The notes below the pieces were generated by a model, which was given only the letters and a program-made list of their open reading frames with translations, did no database searches and was not told the origin of the DNA. From the NCBI GenBank assembly GCA_963842525.1, contig CAWJGT010000003.1:1344001-1408000 (forward strand): DNA of 64,000 bases, in the 5' to 3' direction. The stretch comes from an uncultured Holophagales bacterium (GTDB lineage Bacteria; Acidobacteriota; Thermoanaerobaculia; Multivoradales; UBA5704). The position numbers and the translations under genes are program-made. This document shows, in pieces, positions 9,882 through 19,070 of the stretch. Position 1 is the stretch's first letter. The number at the start of each line of letters is the position of its first letter.

Positions 9882-10144
9882 TTCTTTGCCTCTCGTCTCG
9901 CTTCGACCCGCCTCTCGGCAATGAGCTCGTCCGAGAGGTTGACCTCGGCCGGCACCTTGGCGAACCGCTGGCGTAGCCGATGAAGGACTGCCTCCCGCTT
10001 CTCCAGGACAAGGCGGTGGTCTTCTACTACGGCAAGAAGGACGTCTCCCTGGCTGATCCCCATCTCACGACGGATCTCGGAAGGAATGACCAACCGTCCC
10101 TGGGGGCCGATCGTCACGGTCGTTGGGCTCGACAGTTTCTCCAT
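9878..10144 (-). CDS. AbrB/MazE/SpoVT family antitoxin
   Basis: IGPQGRLVIPSEIRREMGI; 4-bp overlap with the toxin; start taken at ATG 10144. Confidence 0.88.
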   Translation of the reverse strand: MEKLSSPTTVTIGPQGRLVIPSEIRREMGISQGDVLLAVVEDHRLVLEKREAVLHRLRQRFAKVPAEVNLSDELIAERRVEARREAKK

Positions 10145-10155
10145 AGGATCTCTAT

Positions 10156-10202
10156 TGTGCCACGCGGAGCCCAAGTGTGCCACGGCATTCGAGATGTGGC
10201 AC
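10156..10202. promoter_or_regulatory. probable TA autoregulatory operator
   Basis: TGTGCCACG direct repeat at 10156 and 10176 (20-bp spacing) plus inverted GTGGCAC at 10196-10202, just upstream of the antitoxin start. Confidence 0.6.
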
Positions 10203-10248
10203 GCATGGAGAGCCTGCGCCTGGACCGGTGCGAAGGTAGAATCCACAT

Positions 10249-10950
10249 ATGGCCGCTTCCCCCCGCCGCCCCCTCCACTGCGACTTCCTCGGCCGCATTC
10301 CCTATCAGGAAGCCGTCGAGCGACAGCTCGCCGTGCGCGACGCCGTGAAGCGGGGTGAGGGCCCGGAGCATCTACTCCTGCTGGAGCACCCGCACGTCTA
10401 CACCCTGGGGCGCAACGCCACCCGGGCCGATGTCCTGGCCAGCCCGGAGTGGCTCGCGGCGCGGGGCGTCGAGATCGCCGAGTGCGACCGCGGCGGGCAG
10501 GTCACCTACCACGGGCCGGGGCAGCTCGTGGGCTATCCCGTGGTCAATCTGAGCCCGGACCGGCGCGACGTGCGGCGGTACGTCCGCGATCTCCAGGAGG
10601 TGCTGATCCGGATCCTGGCGGACTATGGCGTCCAGGCCGAGCCCCGCGACGGCCAGGCCTTCGTGGGTGTCTGGGTGGGGGAGGACAAGATCGCCTCGAT
10701 CGGCGTCCACCTCTCGCGCTGGATCACCACCCACGGTTTTGCCTTGAACGTCTCGACCGATCTCGCCTACTTTGCCGGGATCGTCCCCTGCGGCCTCAAG
10801 GGCCTCGGCCTGACCTCGATCGAGCGGCTGACCGGCCGCGCTCCGTCCTTGCCGGAGGTGGCTTCTGTCTGCGCCCGGCACTTCGCCGAGGTCTTCGATC
10901 GCGAATCTGGGAAGGGGGGAGCTTGGAGCCCAGAGTCGCTATCGGCCTGA
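10249..10950 (+). CDS. lipB: lipoyl(octanoyl) transferase
   Basis: LEHPHVYTLG, DRGGQVTYHGPGQLVGYP, KIASIG, HGFALN, IVPCG. Confidence 0.95.
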   Translation: MAASPRRPLHCDFLGRIPYQEAVERQLAVRDAVKRGEGPEHLLLLEHPHVYTLGRNATRADVLASPEWLAARGVEIAECDRGGQVTYHGPGQLVGYPVVNLSPDRRDVRRYVRDLQEVLIRILADYGVQAEPRDGQAFVGVWVGEDKIASIGVHLSRWITTHGFALNVSTDLAYFAGIVPCGLKGLGLTSIERLTGRAPSLPEVASVCARHFAEVFDRESGKGGAWSPESLSA

Positions 10951-11909
10951 ACGCGGTGATCGTGGCGGTGACCGAAGAGGTCCCGCGCATCCTGACCGTC
11001 AGCTCGCGATCCACCCCCTCCGGCCGCGACAGCGCGGAGGACGAGGAGGCCCTCCCCTTCGGCCCCCTCGACCCGGAGGTCGACCGCACCCTCGACCGCG
11101 GTTTGCGCCGCTGGGTCCACGAGCAGACCGGCCTGCCTCTGGGCTACGTCGAGCAGCTCTACACCTTCGGCGACCGCGACCGCGATCCCCAGGCGGGAAA
11201 GAAGGGGCTTCGCGAAGTGTCGGTGGCCTACCTCGCCCTGGTGCGGGAGGTCTCGGTACGCCTCGAAGCCCGCTGGCGGGACTGGTACGAGTTCTTGCCC
11301 TGGGAAGACTGGAGGAACGGCCGCCCGCCGCTGATCGACCGCCTCATTGCTCCGGCCCTGGACGCCTGGATCGCGGCGGCCCCTGACACCCACCTGCGCC
11401 AGGAGCGCCGCGAGCGGGCGGACATCGTCTTCGGGCTGGGCGGCGCGTCGTGGGACGAGGAGCGGGTGCTGGAGCGCTATGAGCTCCTCTACGAAGCGTC
11501 CCTGGTCCCCGAGGCCTGGCGCGACCGTGCCGTCCGCGACCCGGCAGCCGCCTCGGTTCCTCCGGACCCCTTTCCCGGCCTCCCCATGGCGGTCGACCAC
11601 CGGCGCATCCTCGCCACCGCCCTCGGCCGGCTGCGCGGCAAGATCAAATACCGTCCGGTCGTCTTCGAGCTGCTGCCCCCCACCTTCACCTTGCTCCAGC
11701 TCCAACGGGTCGTCGAAGCCCTGGCCGGCACCCGACTCCACAAGCAGAACTTCCGCCGCCTCGTCGAGAACGCCGGCCTCGTCGAAGGCACCGGCCGGCA
11801 GGACGTCCAGACCGGAGGCCGTCCGGCCGAGCTGTTCGTCTTCCGCCGCGACGTCCTGCGCGAGAGGCCTGCTCCCGGAGTCGGGCTGCCCCACGTTCGA
11901 CGGGTGTAA
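10923..11909 (+). CDS. nadQ: NadQ/NrtR-like Nudix-wHTH NAD regulator
   Basis: IGLNAVIVAV, GYVEQLYTFGDR, ERYELLYEA, DHRRILATALGRLRGKIKYRPVVFEL, HKQNFRRLVE; upstream of nadABC; TTG start is inferred. Confidence 0.8.
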   Translation: MEPRVAIGLNAVIVAVTEEVPRILTVSSRSTPSGRDSAEDEEALPFGPLDPEVDRTLDRGLRRWVHEQTGLPLGYVEQLYTFGDRDRDPQAGKKGLREVSVAYLALVREVSVRLEARWRDWYEFLPWEDWRNGRPPLIDRLIAPALDAWIAAAPDTHLRQERRERADIVFGLGGASWDEERVLERYELLYEASLVPEAWRDRAVRDPAAASVPPDPFPGLPMAVDHRRILATALGRLRGKIKYRPVVFELLPPTFTLLQLQRVVEALAGTRLHKQNFRRLVENAGLVEGTGRQDVQTGGRPAELFVFRRDVLRERPAPGVGLPHVRRV

Positions 11910-12028
11910 TACGGCTCAGGCCCGAACCTGCTGCAGCCACCCAAACCAACCCACAAAATTTAGCGAAGACCTTCAGAAGTTTGTCAGGAGCGTCTCCACA
12001 CTGTTCTTCGCCCGACCTTCAAAACCGG

Positions 12029-12433
12029 CAGTTCCAGGACAAGATTCGCAGCCACACCGGGCGCACCAACGGGCACAGCCTCCAGCGGATCATCGCGGAC
12101 CTGGTATCGATCCAGCGCGGCTGGTTTGAATACTTCAAACACAGCCACTGGTCGACCTTTGAGCAACTGGACAAGTGGATCCGGATGCGGCTTCGCAGCA
12201 TCCTGCGCCACCGCCAGAAGCGCAAGGGGAGATCCCGGGGCCGCGATCACAACCGCTGGCCGAAGACCTTCTTTGCTGAGCTTGGGCTGTACTCCTTCTA
12301 CGCAGCCTACGCCCAGACCCGTCAACCCTCTCGGAGGTAAGACCACCAACCGGAGAGCCGGATGCGGGAGATCCGCACGTCCGGTTCGGAGGGAGGGGGG
12401 ACCGGGTAAACAACCGGTCCTCCCTACCCCTAT
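12029..12433 (+). mobile_element. 5'-truncated group II intron (maturase X-domain fragment plus domains V and VI)
   Basis: FQDKIRSHT...RGWFEYFK...LDKWIRMRLR...RWPKTFFAELGL to the stop at 12340, then DV GAGAGCCGGATGCGGGAGATCCGCACGTCCGGTTCGGAGGG and DVI ending CCTACCCCTAT. Confidence 0.88.
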
Positions 12434-12830
12434 CAGGGAAAAACGGCTCGGCCGAGGTTTTGGTACAACACCAAGGGCCGTGCCGCTGGTTCTCCATCAC
12501 CTGCCTTTGCGGCTTCGCTACGGCCGCTCGGCCAAAGATACGTGGCGCGGGCTCTGCGTCACCTGCCTCTGTGGCTCCGTCACTGCCGCAGAGCCAAAGG
12601 CAGTGACTCTGGCTCCGCGGCATCTGCCTTTGCCGCTCCGTCATGGACGGAACGCCAGAGGCTTTAGCCGCAGCTTCACTGCCACCTGCCTTTGCCGCTC
12701 CGTCACAGCCGCAGAGCCAAAGGCATCGCCTTTGCCGCTCCGTCACGGGCGGAGCGCCAGAGGCTTTAGCCACAGCTTCACTGCCACCTGTCTTTGCCGC
12801 TCAGTCATTGCCGCAGAGCCAAAGGCAGGT
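12434..12830. repeat. degenerate palindromic array, copy A (102-bp tandem period built from ~20-21-nt subunits)
   Basis: recurring TGCCTTTGCCGCTCCGTCAC and GCAGAGCCAAAGGC; tandem units start at 12626 and 12728; homologous to 47315-47720. Confidence 0.85.
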
Positions 12831-12871
12831 GACGGGCTCCCCGAAGTGCAACGGGGTAGAGCGCGGCACAG

Positions 12872-12993
12872 GAGACGCCCCGATCGTGTGCACCGACAGC
12901 GCAGTGACAGCGAACTGGGGCGTCTCTACGCAACGTCGCCAGCGGCCGTGACCGCGGGGAGTGTGAGCCGGCGGGACGCCGGCGCTCCCAGGG
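12872..12993. repeat. REP-like palindromes
   Basis: GAGACGCCCC...GGGGCGTCTCTAC inverted pair (12872-12929) and GCCGGCGGGACGCCGGCGCTCCCAGG, related to the arms at 47198-47327. Confidence 0.6.
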
Positions 12994-13052
12994 GTCCCCC
13001 CCCGCCCTCATCCCTGTCACCTCCCTTCACCTCTGACACTCCTGTCACGGAA

Positions 13053-13081
13053 TTGACAGCCCATATGCTCAGTTGTAGTAT
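13053..13081 (+). promoter_or_regulatory. sigma70 promoter of nadABC overlapped by an operator
   Basis: TTGACA-N17-TAGTAT; TATGCTCA-gtt-GTAGTATA (13064-13082) overlaps the spacer and -10. Confidence 0.85.
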
Positions 13082-13124
13082 AAGGACGTGGCCGGCATGC
13101 GCCGGCCCTTTCTTGTACACCCAA

Positions 13125-13143
13125 TATGCTCAGGATGAGCATA
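13125..13143. promoter_or_regulatory. NadQ-type operator
   Basis: perfect palindrome TATGCTCA-gga-TGAGCATA, matching the ATRCTCAnnnTGAGYAT NadQ consensus as I recall it. Confidence 0.85.
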
Positions 13144-13161
13144 GCCGATAGGAGGGGTGCC

Positions 13162-14184
13162 ATGAGCCTGCAGCAAGCCCGGTTGGAGTACACCCCGGAC
13201 GTCGCGCTTCGGACTGCCCCGATCTACGACCGGGTCCGCTCGGTCATCCCCGACTTCGAGTGGCCGATCCATGCCCCCTATGTGGACCGGATCAACGAGC
13301 TCAAGGCGCAGCGCAACGCCGTGATCCTGGCCCACAACTACCAGACGCCGGAGATCTTCCACGGCGTGGCCGACTTCGCGGGCGACTCGCTGGCTTTGGC
13401 CCAGTTCGGTGCGAAGACCGAGGCGGACGTGATCGTCCTGGCCGGGGTCCACTTCATGGCCGAGACGGCGAAGATCCTGTCTCCCGAGAAGACAGTCCTC
13501 ATCCCGGACCTGGAGGCGGGGTGCTCTCTCGCCGCGTCGATCACGGGGGCGGACATCCGCCTGCTGCGGCAGCGCTACCCCGGGGTGCCGGTGGTGACCT
13601 ACGTCAACACGTCCGCCGAGGTGAAGGCCGAGTCGGACATCTGCTGCACGTCGGCCAACGCCGTGGCGGTGGTCGAGTCGCTCGGCGTGCCGCGCGTGAT
13701 CTTCCTGCCCGACGAGTACCTGGGCAAGTACGTGGCGTCCCAGACGGATGTCGAGCTGATCCTCTGGAAGGGGCACTGCGAGGTGCACGAGCGTTTCACC
13801 GGCGAGCAGCTCCGGGCCTACCGGACGGGGCAGCCGGACCTCCAGATCCTGGCCCATCCGGAGTGCCCGCCGGACGTGCTGGCCGAGGCCGACTTCGTGG
13901 GCTCGACCGCGGCCATGATCCGCCATGTGGGCGAGCACCGGCCGCGGCGGGTGGTCATGGTCACCGAGTGCTCGATGAGCGACAACGTGGCCGTGCAATA
14001 TCCGGACGTCGAGTTCGTCCGGCCGTGCAACCTCTGCCCGCATATGAAGCGGATCACGCTGCCCAAGATCCTCCGGTCGCTGGAGACGATGCAGCACGAG
14101 GTGCACGTCGACCCGGAGGTAGGGGCGCGGGCGAAGCTGGCCGTGGAGCGGATGCTCGCGGTCGGCCGCCGGGAGGGCAAGTGA
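13162..14184 (+). CDS. nadA: quinolinate synthase
   Basis: [42 protein letters not shown]; RBS GGAGG. Confidence 0.96.
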   Translation: MSLQQARLEYTPDVALRTAPIYDRVRSVIPDFEWPIHAPYVDRINELKAQRNAVILAHNYQTPEIFHGVADFAGDSLALAQFGAKTEADVIVLAGVHFMAETAKILSPEKTVLIPDLEAGCSLAASITGADIRLLRQRYPGVPVVTYVNTSAEVKAESDICCTSANAVAVVESLGVPRVIFLPDEYLGKYVASQTDVELILWKGHCEVHERFTGEQLRAYRTGQPDLQILAHPECPPDVLAEADFVGSTAAMIRHVGEHRPRRVVMVTECSMSDNVAVQYPDVEFVRPCNLCPHMKRITLPKILRSLETMQHEVHVDPEVGARAKLAVERMLAVGRREGK

Positions 14185-15794
14185 ACGATCCCCTGGAAGG
14201 CCGATTCGACAGCGTGTCGAGGTCCGATATCCTGGTCGTAGGGACCGGCGCGGCCGGGCTGACGGCCGCTCTCGGCTGCGCCCCGGCGCGGGTGACGGTG
14301 CTCACCAAGTCGACGCTGGTCAGCGGCTCCAGCCCGTGGGCGCAGGGAGGTGTCGCCGCCGCGATCGGGACGGACGATGCGCCGGCCCTGCACGCGGCCG
14401 ACACCATGACCGCCGGGGCGGGGCTCAACGATCCGGTGGTGGTCGATCTCCTGACCCTGGAAGGGCCGGAGCGGGTCCGCGCGCTCGTGGACATGGGTGC
14501 CCGGTTCGACCGCGACGCCGCGGGGCAGCTCGCCCTCGGCCGCGAGGCCGCGCACAGCCGGCGCCGCATCCTGCATGCCCGGGACACGACCGGCTCGGAG
14601 ATCGTGCGCACCCTGGCCGAGGCCGTGCGGCATGCGCCCGAGGTCGAGGTTGTGGAGGGCGCCTTCGCCGTCGATCTCGTCCTGGAGGGCGACCGGGTGG
14701 TGGGCGTGCTGGCGGTCCACGGTGAGGGGCGGCGGGTGCTTCATCTCGCTCCGGCCGTGGTCCTGGCCACCGGTGGGCTCGGCCGCCTCTATCTCCATAC
14801 GACGAACCCGCGCGAGGCGACCGGCGACGGCCTGGCCATGGCGGCTCGGGCCGGCGCGCGGCTGGTCGACCTCGAATTCGTCCAGTTCCACCCGACCGCG
14901 CTCGCGGCCGGCGGCGATCCCATGCCATTGCTGACCGAGGCACTGCGCGGCGAGGGGGCGGTGCTGATCGACAGTCGGGGGCATAGATTCATGGTTGACG
15001 AGCATCCGGACGCCGAGCTCGCTCCCCGTGACGTGGTGGCGCGGGCGATCTGGCGCCGGCAGATGGCGGGGGAGCGGGTCTTCCTCGATTCCCGTGCGGC
15101 GGTGGGGGAGACCTTTCCGGATCGCTTCCCGCAGGTCTTCGAGCTCTGCCGCGAGCGGGGGATCGATCCCCGCGTCGAGCCGGTCCCGGTCGCTCCCGCC
15201 GTGCACTACCACATGGGCGGCATCGCCGTGGACCTGGACGGCCGCACCTCGCTTCCCGGGCTCTGGGCCTGCGGCGAGGCGACCGCCACCGGCGCGCACG
15301 GAGCCAACCGGCTGGCGAGCAACTCGCTGCTGGAGGCCCTGGTCTTCGGCGCTCGCGTGGCCGAGGATCTGCGGACCGTGGTGTCCACAGCCGGTGATCC
15401 GGATACACGTGACCTGCGGATAGCCGTGGGTCCGAGCGGCGTCCAGGCGCCGGGAGACGGCGAGCTGATCGCGACGGTGCGGCGGCTGATGTGGGAGAAG
15501 GTCGGGCTCGTGCGCGACGAGGAAGGGCTGGCGGCCGCTCTCGAAGAGCTGGAGGTCCTGGCCGAGCGGCATCGGAATGCGGCGGGGGAGGCGCGCAACC
15601 TCCTCGGCGTGGCCCGCCTGCTGACCGCCGCGGCCCTGGCCCGGCGGGAGAGCCGGGGCGGGCACTTCCGCGCCGATTTCCCGACGCCGGACCCGTCCTG
15701 GCAGCGGCGCCTGTTCCTCACCGCGGCACCGGACGGCTCGGCCCGGTTCGAGGAGCCGGTCCTCCCCCTGCTGGCTGCGGGGCTCGCGCGATGA
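14181..15794 (+). CDS. nadB: L-aspartate oxidase
   Basis: GTGAAG FAD motif, [36 protein letters not shown]; GTG overlaps the nadA stop. Confidence 0.95.
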   Translation: MNDPLEGRFDSVSRSDILVVGTGAAGLTAALGCAPARVTVLTKSTLVSGSSPWAQGGVAAAIGTDDAPALHAADTMTAGAGLNDPVVVDLLTLEGPERVRALVDMGARFDRDAAGQLALGREAAHSRRRILHARDTTGSEIVRTLAEAVRHAPEVEVVEGAFAVDLVLEGDRVVGVLAVHGEGRRVLHLAPAVVLATGGLGRLYLHTTNPREATGDGLAMAARAGARLVDLEFVQFHPTALAAGGDPMPLLTEALRGEGAVLIDSRGHRFMVDEHPDAELAPRDVVARAIWRRQMAGERVFLDSRAAVGETFPDRFPQVFELCRERGIDPRVEPVPVAPAVHYHMGGIAVDLDGRTSLPGLWACGEATATGAHGANRLASNSLLEALVFGARVAEDLRTVVSTAGDPDTRDLRIAVGPSGVQAPGDGELIATVRRLMWEKVGLVRDEEGLAAALEELEVLAERHRNAAGEARNLLGVARLLTAAALARRESRGGHFRADFPTPDPSWQRRLFLTAAPDGSARFEEPVLPLLAAGLAR

Positions 15795-16642
15795 GCGACC
15801 GTCTGCCGCCGCTCGTTCCGCTGCTCTATGAGCCGTTGGTCCGGCGCGCCCTGGAGGAGGACCTGGGGAGGGCCGGGGACCTGACCAGCGACGCGGTCCT
15901 GCCTCCGGATCTGCCCGGCGAGGCGAAGATCGTGGTCCGCCGGGCCGGCCGGATCGCCGGGCTGGACGTGGCCGTCGCGACCTTCCGGCTGCTCGACGGC
16001 TCCATCCAGGCGCAGAAATTACAGACCGATGGCGAGGACGCCGAGGCCGGCGCGGTCCTGGCGACGTTCCAGGGCCCGGCCCGTTCGCTGCTCACGGCCG
16101 AGCGCACGGCGCTCAATTTCCTCGGCCGGCTCTGCGGCATCGCCACGGCGACCCGCGACCTGGTGGCGGTCGTGGCTCCTCACGGCGCGCAGGTGGTTTG
16201 TACAAGGAAGACCACTCCCGGGCTGCGAACCCTTGAAAAATACGCCGTCCGGGCCGGCGGCGGCGGCAATCACCGCTTCGGGCTGGACGATGCCGTGCTG
16301 ATCAAGGACAACCACCTGGCGCTGGCCGGAGGGATCCGGAAGGCCGTGGAGCGCGCCCGCCGTCATGTCGGCCATCTCGTGAAGATCGAGGTCGAGGTGG
16401 ACTCCCTGGACCAGCTCCGCGAGGCGCTCGACCTCGGCGTGGACGTGGTCCTGCTGGACAACATGGACCTCGATACGTTGCGCGAGGCGGTCAGGCTGGC
16501 CAAGGGCCGCGCCCTGACCGAAGCCTCCGGGGGGATCCGTCCGGGCACGGCCGCCGCCATCGCCGCGACCGGCGTGGACCTGCTTTCAGTGGGCTGGCTC
16601 ACCCACAGCGCGCCGGCGCTGGATGTGGCGTTGGATATTTGA
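15791..16642 (+). CDS. nadC: nicotinate-nucleotide pyrophosphorylase (carboxylating)
   Basis: ERTALN, TRKTTPG, HRFGLDD, IKDNH, EVEV, LLDN, EASGG. Confidence 0.95.
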   Translation: MSDRLPPLVPLLYEPLVRRALEEDLGRAGDLTSDAVLPPDLPGEAKIVVRRAGRIAGLDVAVATFRLLDGSIQAQKLQTDGEDAEAGAVLATFQGPARSLLTAERTALNFLGRLCGIATATRDLVAVVAPHGAQVVCTRKTTPGLRTLEKYAVRAGGGGNHRFGLDDAVLIKDNHLALAGGIRKAVERARRHVGHLVKIEVEVDSLDQLREALDLGVDVVLLDNMDLDTLREAVRLAKGRALTEASGGIRPGTAAAIAATGVDLLSVGWLTHSAPALDVALDI

Positions 16643-16872
16643 ACCTCACCCCCTGTCCCCCTCTCCCATCGCCCCCCCCTGCCCCCGGGAGAGGGGGGAC
16701 GCAGGTGGAGCCATTTCCGGCAATCACTCATTAGGGGTATAGGAAATCTGCAGGGCGCAGCACGCTGCGTCCGCACAGCTCCCCGGCCACCCCGCGCATC
16801 CGGAAAGCCACGCGTCCCCCCTCTCCCGGGGGCAGGGGGGGGCGATGGGAGAGGGGGACAGGGGGTGAGGTT
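16642..16872. repeat. MITE/REP-doublet element with 61-bp terminal inverted repeats
   Basis: AACCTCACCCCCTGTCCCCCTCTCCCATCG... at 16642-16702 is inverted at 16812-16872; second copy at 54698-54943. Confidence 0.88.
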
Positions 16873-18139
16873 ACATCCCGAAATTGCAGAGATCGTCGAC
16901 CCGCACCGCGGCGTGCCCGGTGCTGAAGCGTCCCTCCGTGCTCATGAGGACGGTGACCCAGCCCTGGGCATGGGTCTCGTCCTTGTGCCAGAGGTCGACC
17001 GACAGCCAGCCGTACTTGTTGCCGACGGGCAGCGCGCGGCTGCCGACGTCGACCTTCTGCGTGGTCAGCGGGAAGGCGTTGCTGTTGCGGACCTCGGTGG
17101 GGTTCTCCTCCTCGTCGAAGGTGACGAGCTGGAACTCGCCGAGAGGGGCCCAGGACGGACCCTGCGCGCAGTCGTGGCCGCCGACCGTGGCGTCGCGGTT
17201 GTCCCGCCAGACCAGCAGCTCGGTCTTGGCGAAGTCCCCGCGGTTCTGAAAGCGGGCGTAGTAGAGGCTGGAGAGCGGCGCCCGGTTGTCCCGCGAGTCG
17301 AAATCGACGTAGCGACCGTAGAAGGTGTAGTCGCCCGGCGCGAAGGCGTCGGCGTCCGCCACGATGTGCACGGCCGGCAGGCTCACCGCCCGGTTCTTCC
17401 GCTTGTCGGTGTAGAAGTATTCGCCCCAGAGCACGTTGGAGTTGCTGGCCAGGCCGGCGCCGCCGTCCGCGAAGTAGGCCGGATGCGCGGGCGTGTTCAC
17501 GATGGTCCCCACGCCGCGCGGTGTGCAGCGGCTGACGGCGTCGATGGTGATGTAGCCGACCGCAAGGCCCTTGCTCTTCCGGTCGCTGCCGAGGCACTTG
17601 GACGTCCCAACGGCGCCGGTCGGCTGGCCCATATGGGCGGCGCGCAATTGGATGCGGTCGACGCGGCCGAGCTTTCCGGCATTCTGAACGGGCTTGGCCT
17701 TCGGGTCCGCTCCGCCGCAGCCGGCGAACCCGGCGCCGGCCTGCGACAGGGTGCCCACGGGGCTGGTCGACGGGCTCGTGACCGGCAGGGTGCCGGCGAA
17801 CAGGTCGCGAACGTCGAGGCTCTGGGTGTCATAGCCCGTGAGATAAACGTCGAAGGCCAGGGTGGGGACCCCCCAGTCGGTCCACAGCACCACCCGCGCC
17901 ACGGTCGGCTTGGCCGAGGCGTTGTTGAGCGAGACGAGAGTCGTGGCCCCGTCCGGCTGGTCGGGGTCGACTTCGAAATAGGGGATCAGCAGAGTGGCGG
18001 CCGGCTGGTCCGACGTGCGGCAGGTCCCGGAGAGCACACCGGCCTGCGCGCTTCCGTCCACCAGCGCCAGGACAACGAAAACGGCCAGGAGCGCGAAGCT
18101 CCGTGGTGCGAACGTGACTCCGGTTAGACTATGAGGCAT
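16871..18139 (-). CDS. secreted hypothetical protein (PAATLLxPYFEV family)
   Basis: signal peptide ending AQA; PAATLLIPYFEVD...LWTDWGVPTLAFDVYLTGYD, GYITID, NVLWGEY; several Cys. Confidence 0.8.
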   Translation of the reverse strand: MPHSLTGVTFAPRSFALLAVFVVLALVDGSAQAGVLSGTCRTSDQPAATLLIPYFEVDPDQPDGATTLVSLNNASAKPTVARVVLWTDWGVPTLAFDVYLTGYDTQSLDVRDLFAGTLPVTSPSTSPVGTLSQAGAGFAGCGGADPKAKPVQNAGKLGRVDRIQLRAAHMGQPTGAVGTSKCLGSDRKSKGLAVGYITIDAVSRCTPRGVGTIVNTPAHPAYFADGGAGLASNSNVLWGEYFYTDKRKNRAVSLPAVHIVADADAFAPGDYTFYGRYVDFDSRDNRAPLSSLYYARFQNRGDFAKTELLVWRDNRDATVGGHDCAQGPSWAPLGEFQLVTFDEEENPTEVRNSNAFPLTTQKVDVGSRALPVGNKYGWLSVDLWHKDETHAQGWVTVLMSTEGRFSTGHAAVRVDDLCNFGM

Positions 18140-19070
18140 GAGCGACACTCTTCTTCAGATCGGTCGGTCCATATCTTCTGAGGCTCGAAGAGAAGGCCGG
18201 CCCGAATGGCTGCGGATCCGTCTCTCCACCCCGGCTTCATACCACCAGGTCCGAAACCTGGTTGATCGCCTGGGACTGCATACGGTATGCCAGGAGGCAC
18301 GCTGCCCAAACATCTATGAATGCTGGGGCGAGCACGGCACGGCGACCTTCATGATCCTCGGCGACGTCTGCACACGCCGCTGCGGCTTCTGCGCCGTCAC
18401 CTCCGGGAGGCCCCAGCCGGGCGTCGATCCTCTCGAGCCCGGGCACGTGGCCGAAGCCGTGGCCGTCATGGGCCTCCGTCACGCCGTGATCACCTCGGTC
18501 GACCGGGACGATCTGCCCGACGGCGGCGCCGGCCACTTCGCCCGCGTCATCGAGGCGATCCACGAGAAGAACGCCGGGACCGCGGTCGAAGTCCTCACTC
18601 CAGACTTCCGCGGCGTGCCGGACGCTCTCGACAAGGTGCTCGCGGCGGCGCCCGAGGTCTTCTCGCACAACACGGAGACGGTCCCCCGCCTCTACCGGCG
18701 CGCCCGGCCCGGCAGCCGTTACGACCGCACCCTCGGCCTGCTCGCCGAAGCGTCGCGGCGCCGCGACGCGGGCGGCTACGCCGGCCGGGTCAAGACCGGG
18801 ATCATGGTGGGCATCGGCGAGGCTCCCGGCGAGGTCGAGGCAACGCTGCAAGACATCCGGGATGCCGGCGTCGAGATCCTGACCATCGGCCAGTACCTCC
18901 AGCCCACGCCGAAGCACCTGCCGGTCGACCGCTGGGTCCACCCCGACGAGTTCGCGGCCTACCGCGAGCACGCCCTGTCGATCGGTTTTGCCCATTGCGA
19001 GTCCGGGCCGCTCGTGCGCAGCAGCTATCACGCCCACGAGCACGTGAAGCCCACGGCGGTTTTGACTTAA
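18138..19070 (+). CDS. lipA: lipoyl synthase
   Basis: CQEARCPNIYEC and CTRRCGFC clusters; RSSYHA. Confidence 0.96.
   Translation: MSDTLLQIGRSISSEARREGRPEWLRIRLSTPASYHQVRNLVDRLGLHTVCQEARCPNIYECWGEHGTATFMILGDVCTRRCGFCAVTSGRPQPGVDPLEPGHVAEAVAVMGLRHAVITSVDRDDLPDGGAGHFARVIEAIHEKNAGTAVEVLTPDFRGVPDALDKVLAAAPEVFSHNTETVPRLYRRARPGSRYDRTLGLLAEASRRRDAGGYAGRVKTGIMVGIGEAPGEVEATLQDIRDAGVEILTIGQYLQPTPKHLPVDRWVHPDEFAAYREHALSIGFAHCESGPLVRSSYHAHEHVKPTAVLT

Noticed and set aside
11981-12433. intact group II intron, retron or DGR reverse transcriptase
   Set aside because: only the X-domain tail and DV/DVI are present; there is no RT core (no YADD) and no 5' intron end
12490-12830. CRISPR array (also considered for 47400-47720)
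   Set aside because: repeats are degenerate, the would-be spacers are themselves duplicated, and there are no cas genes in the window
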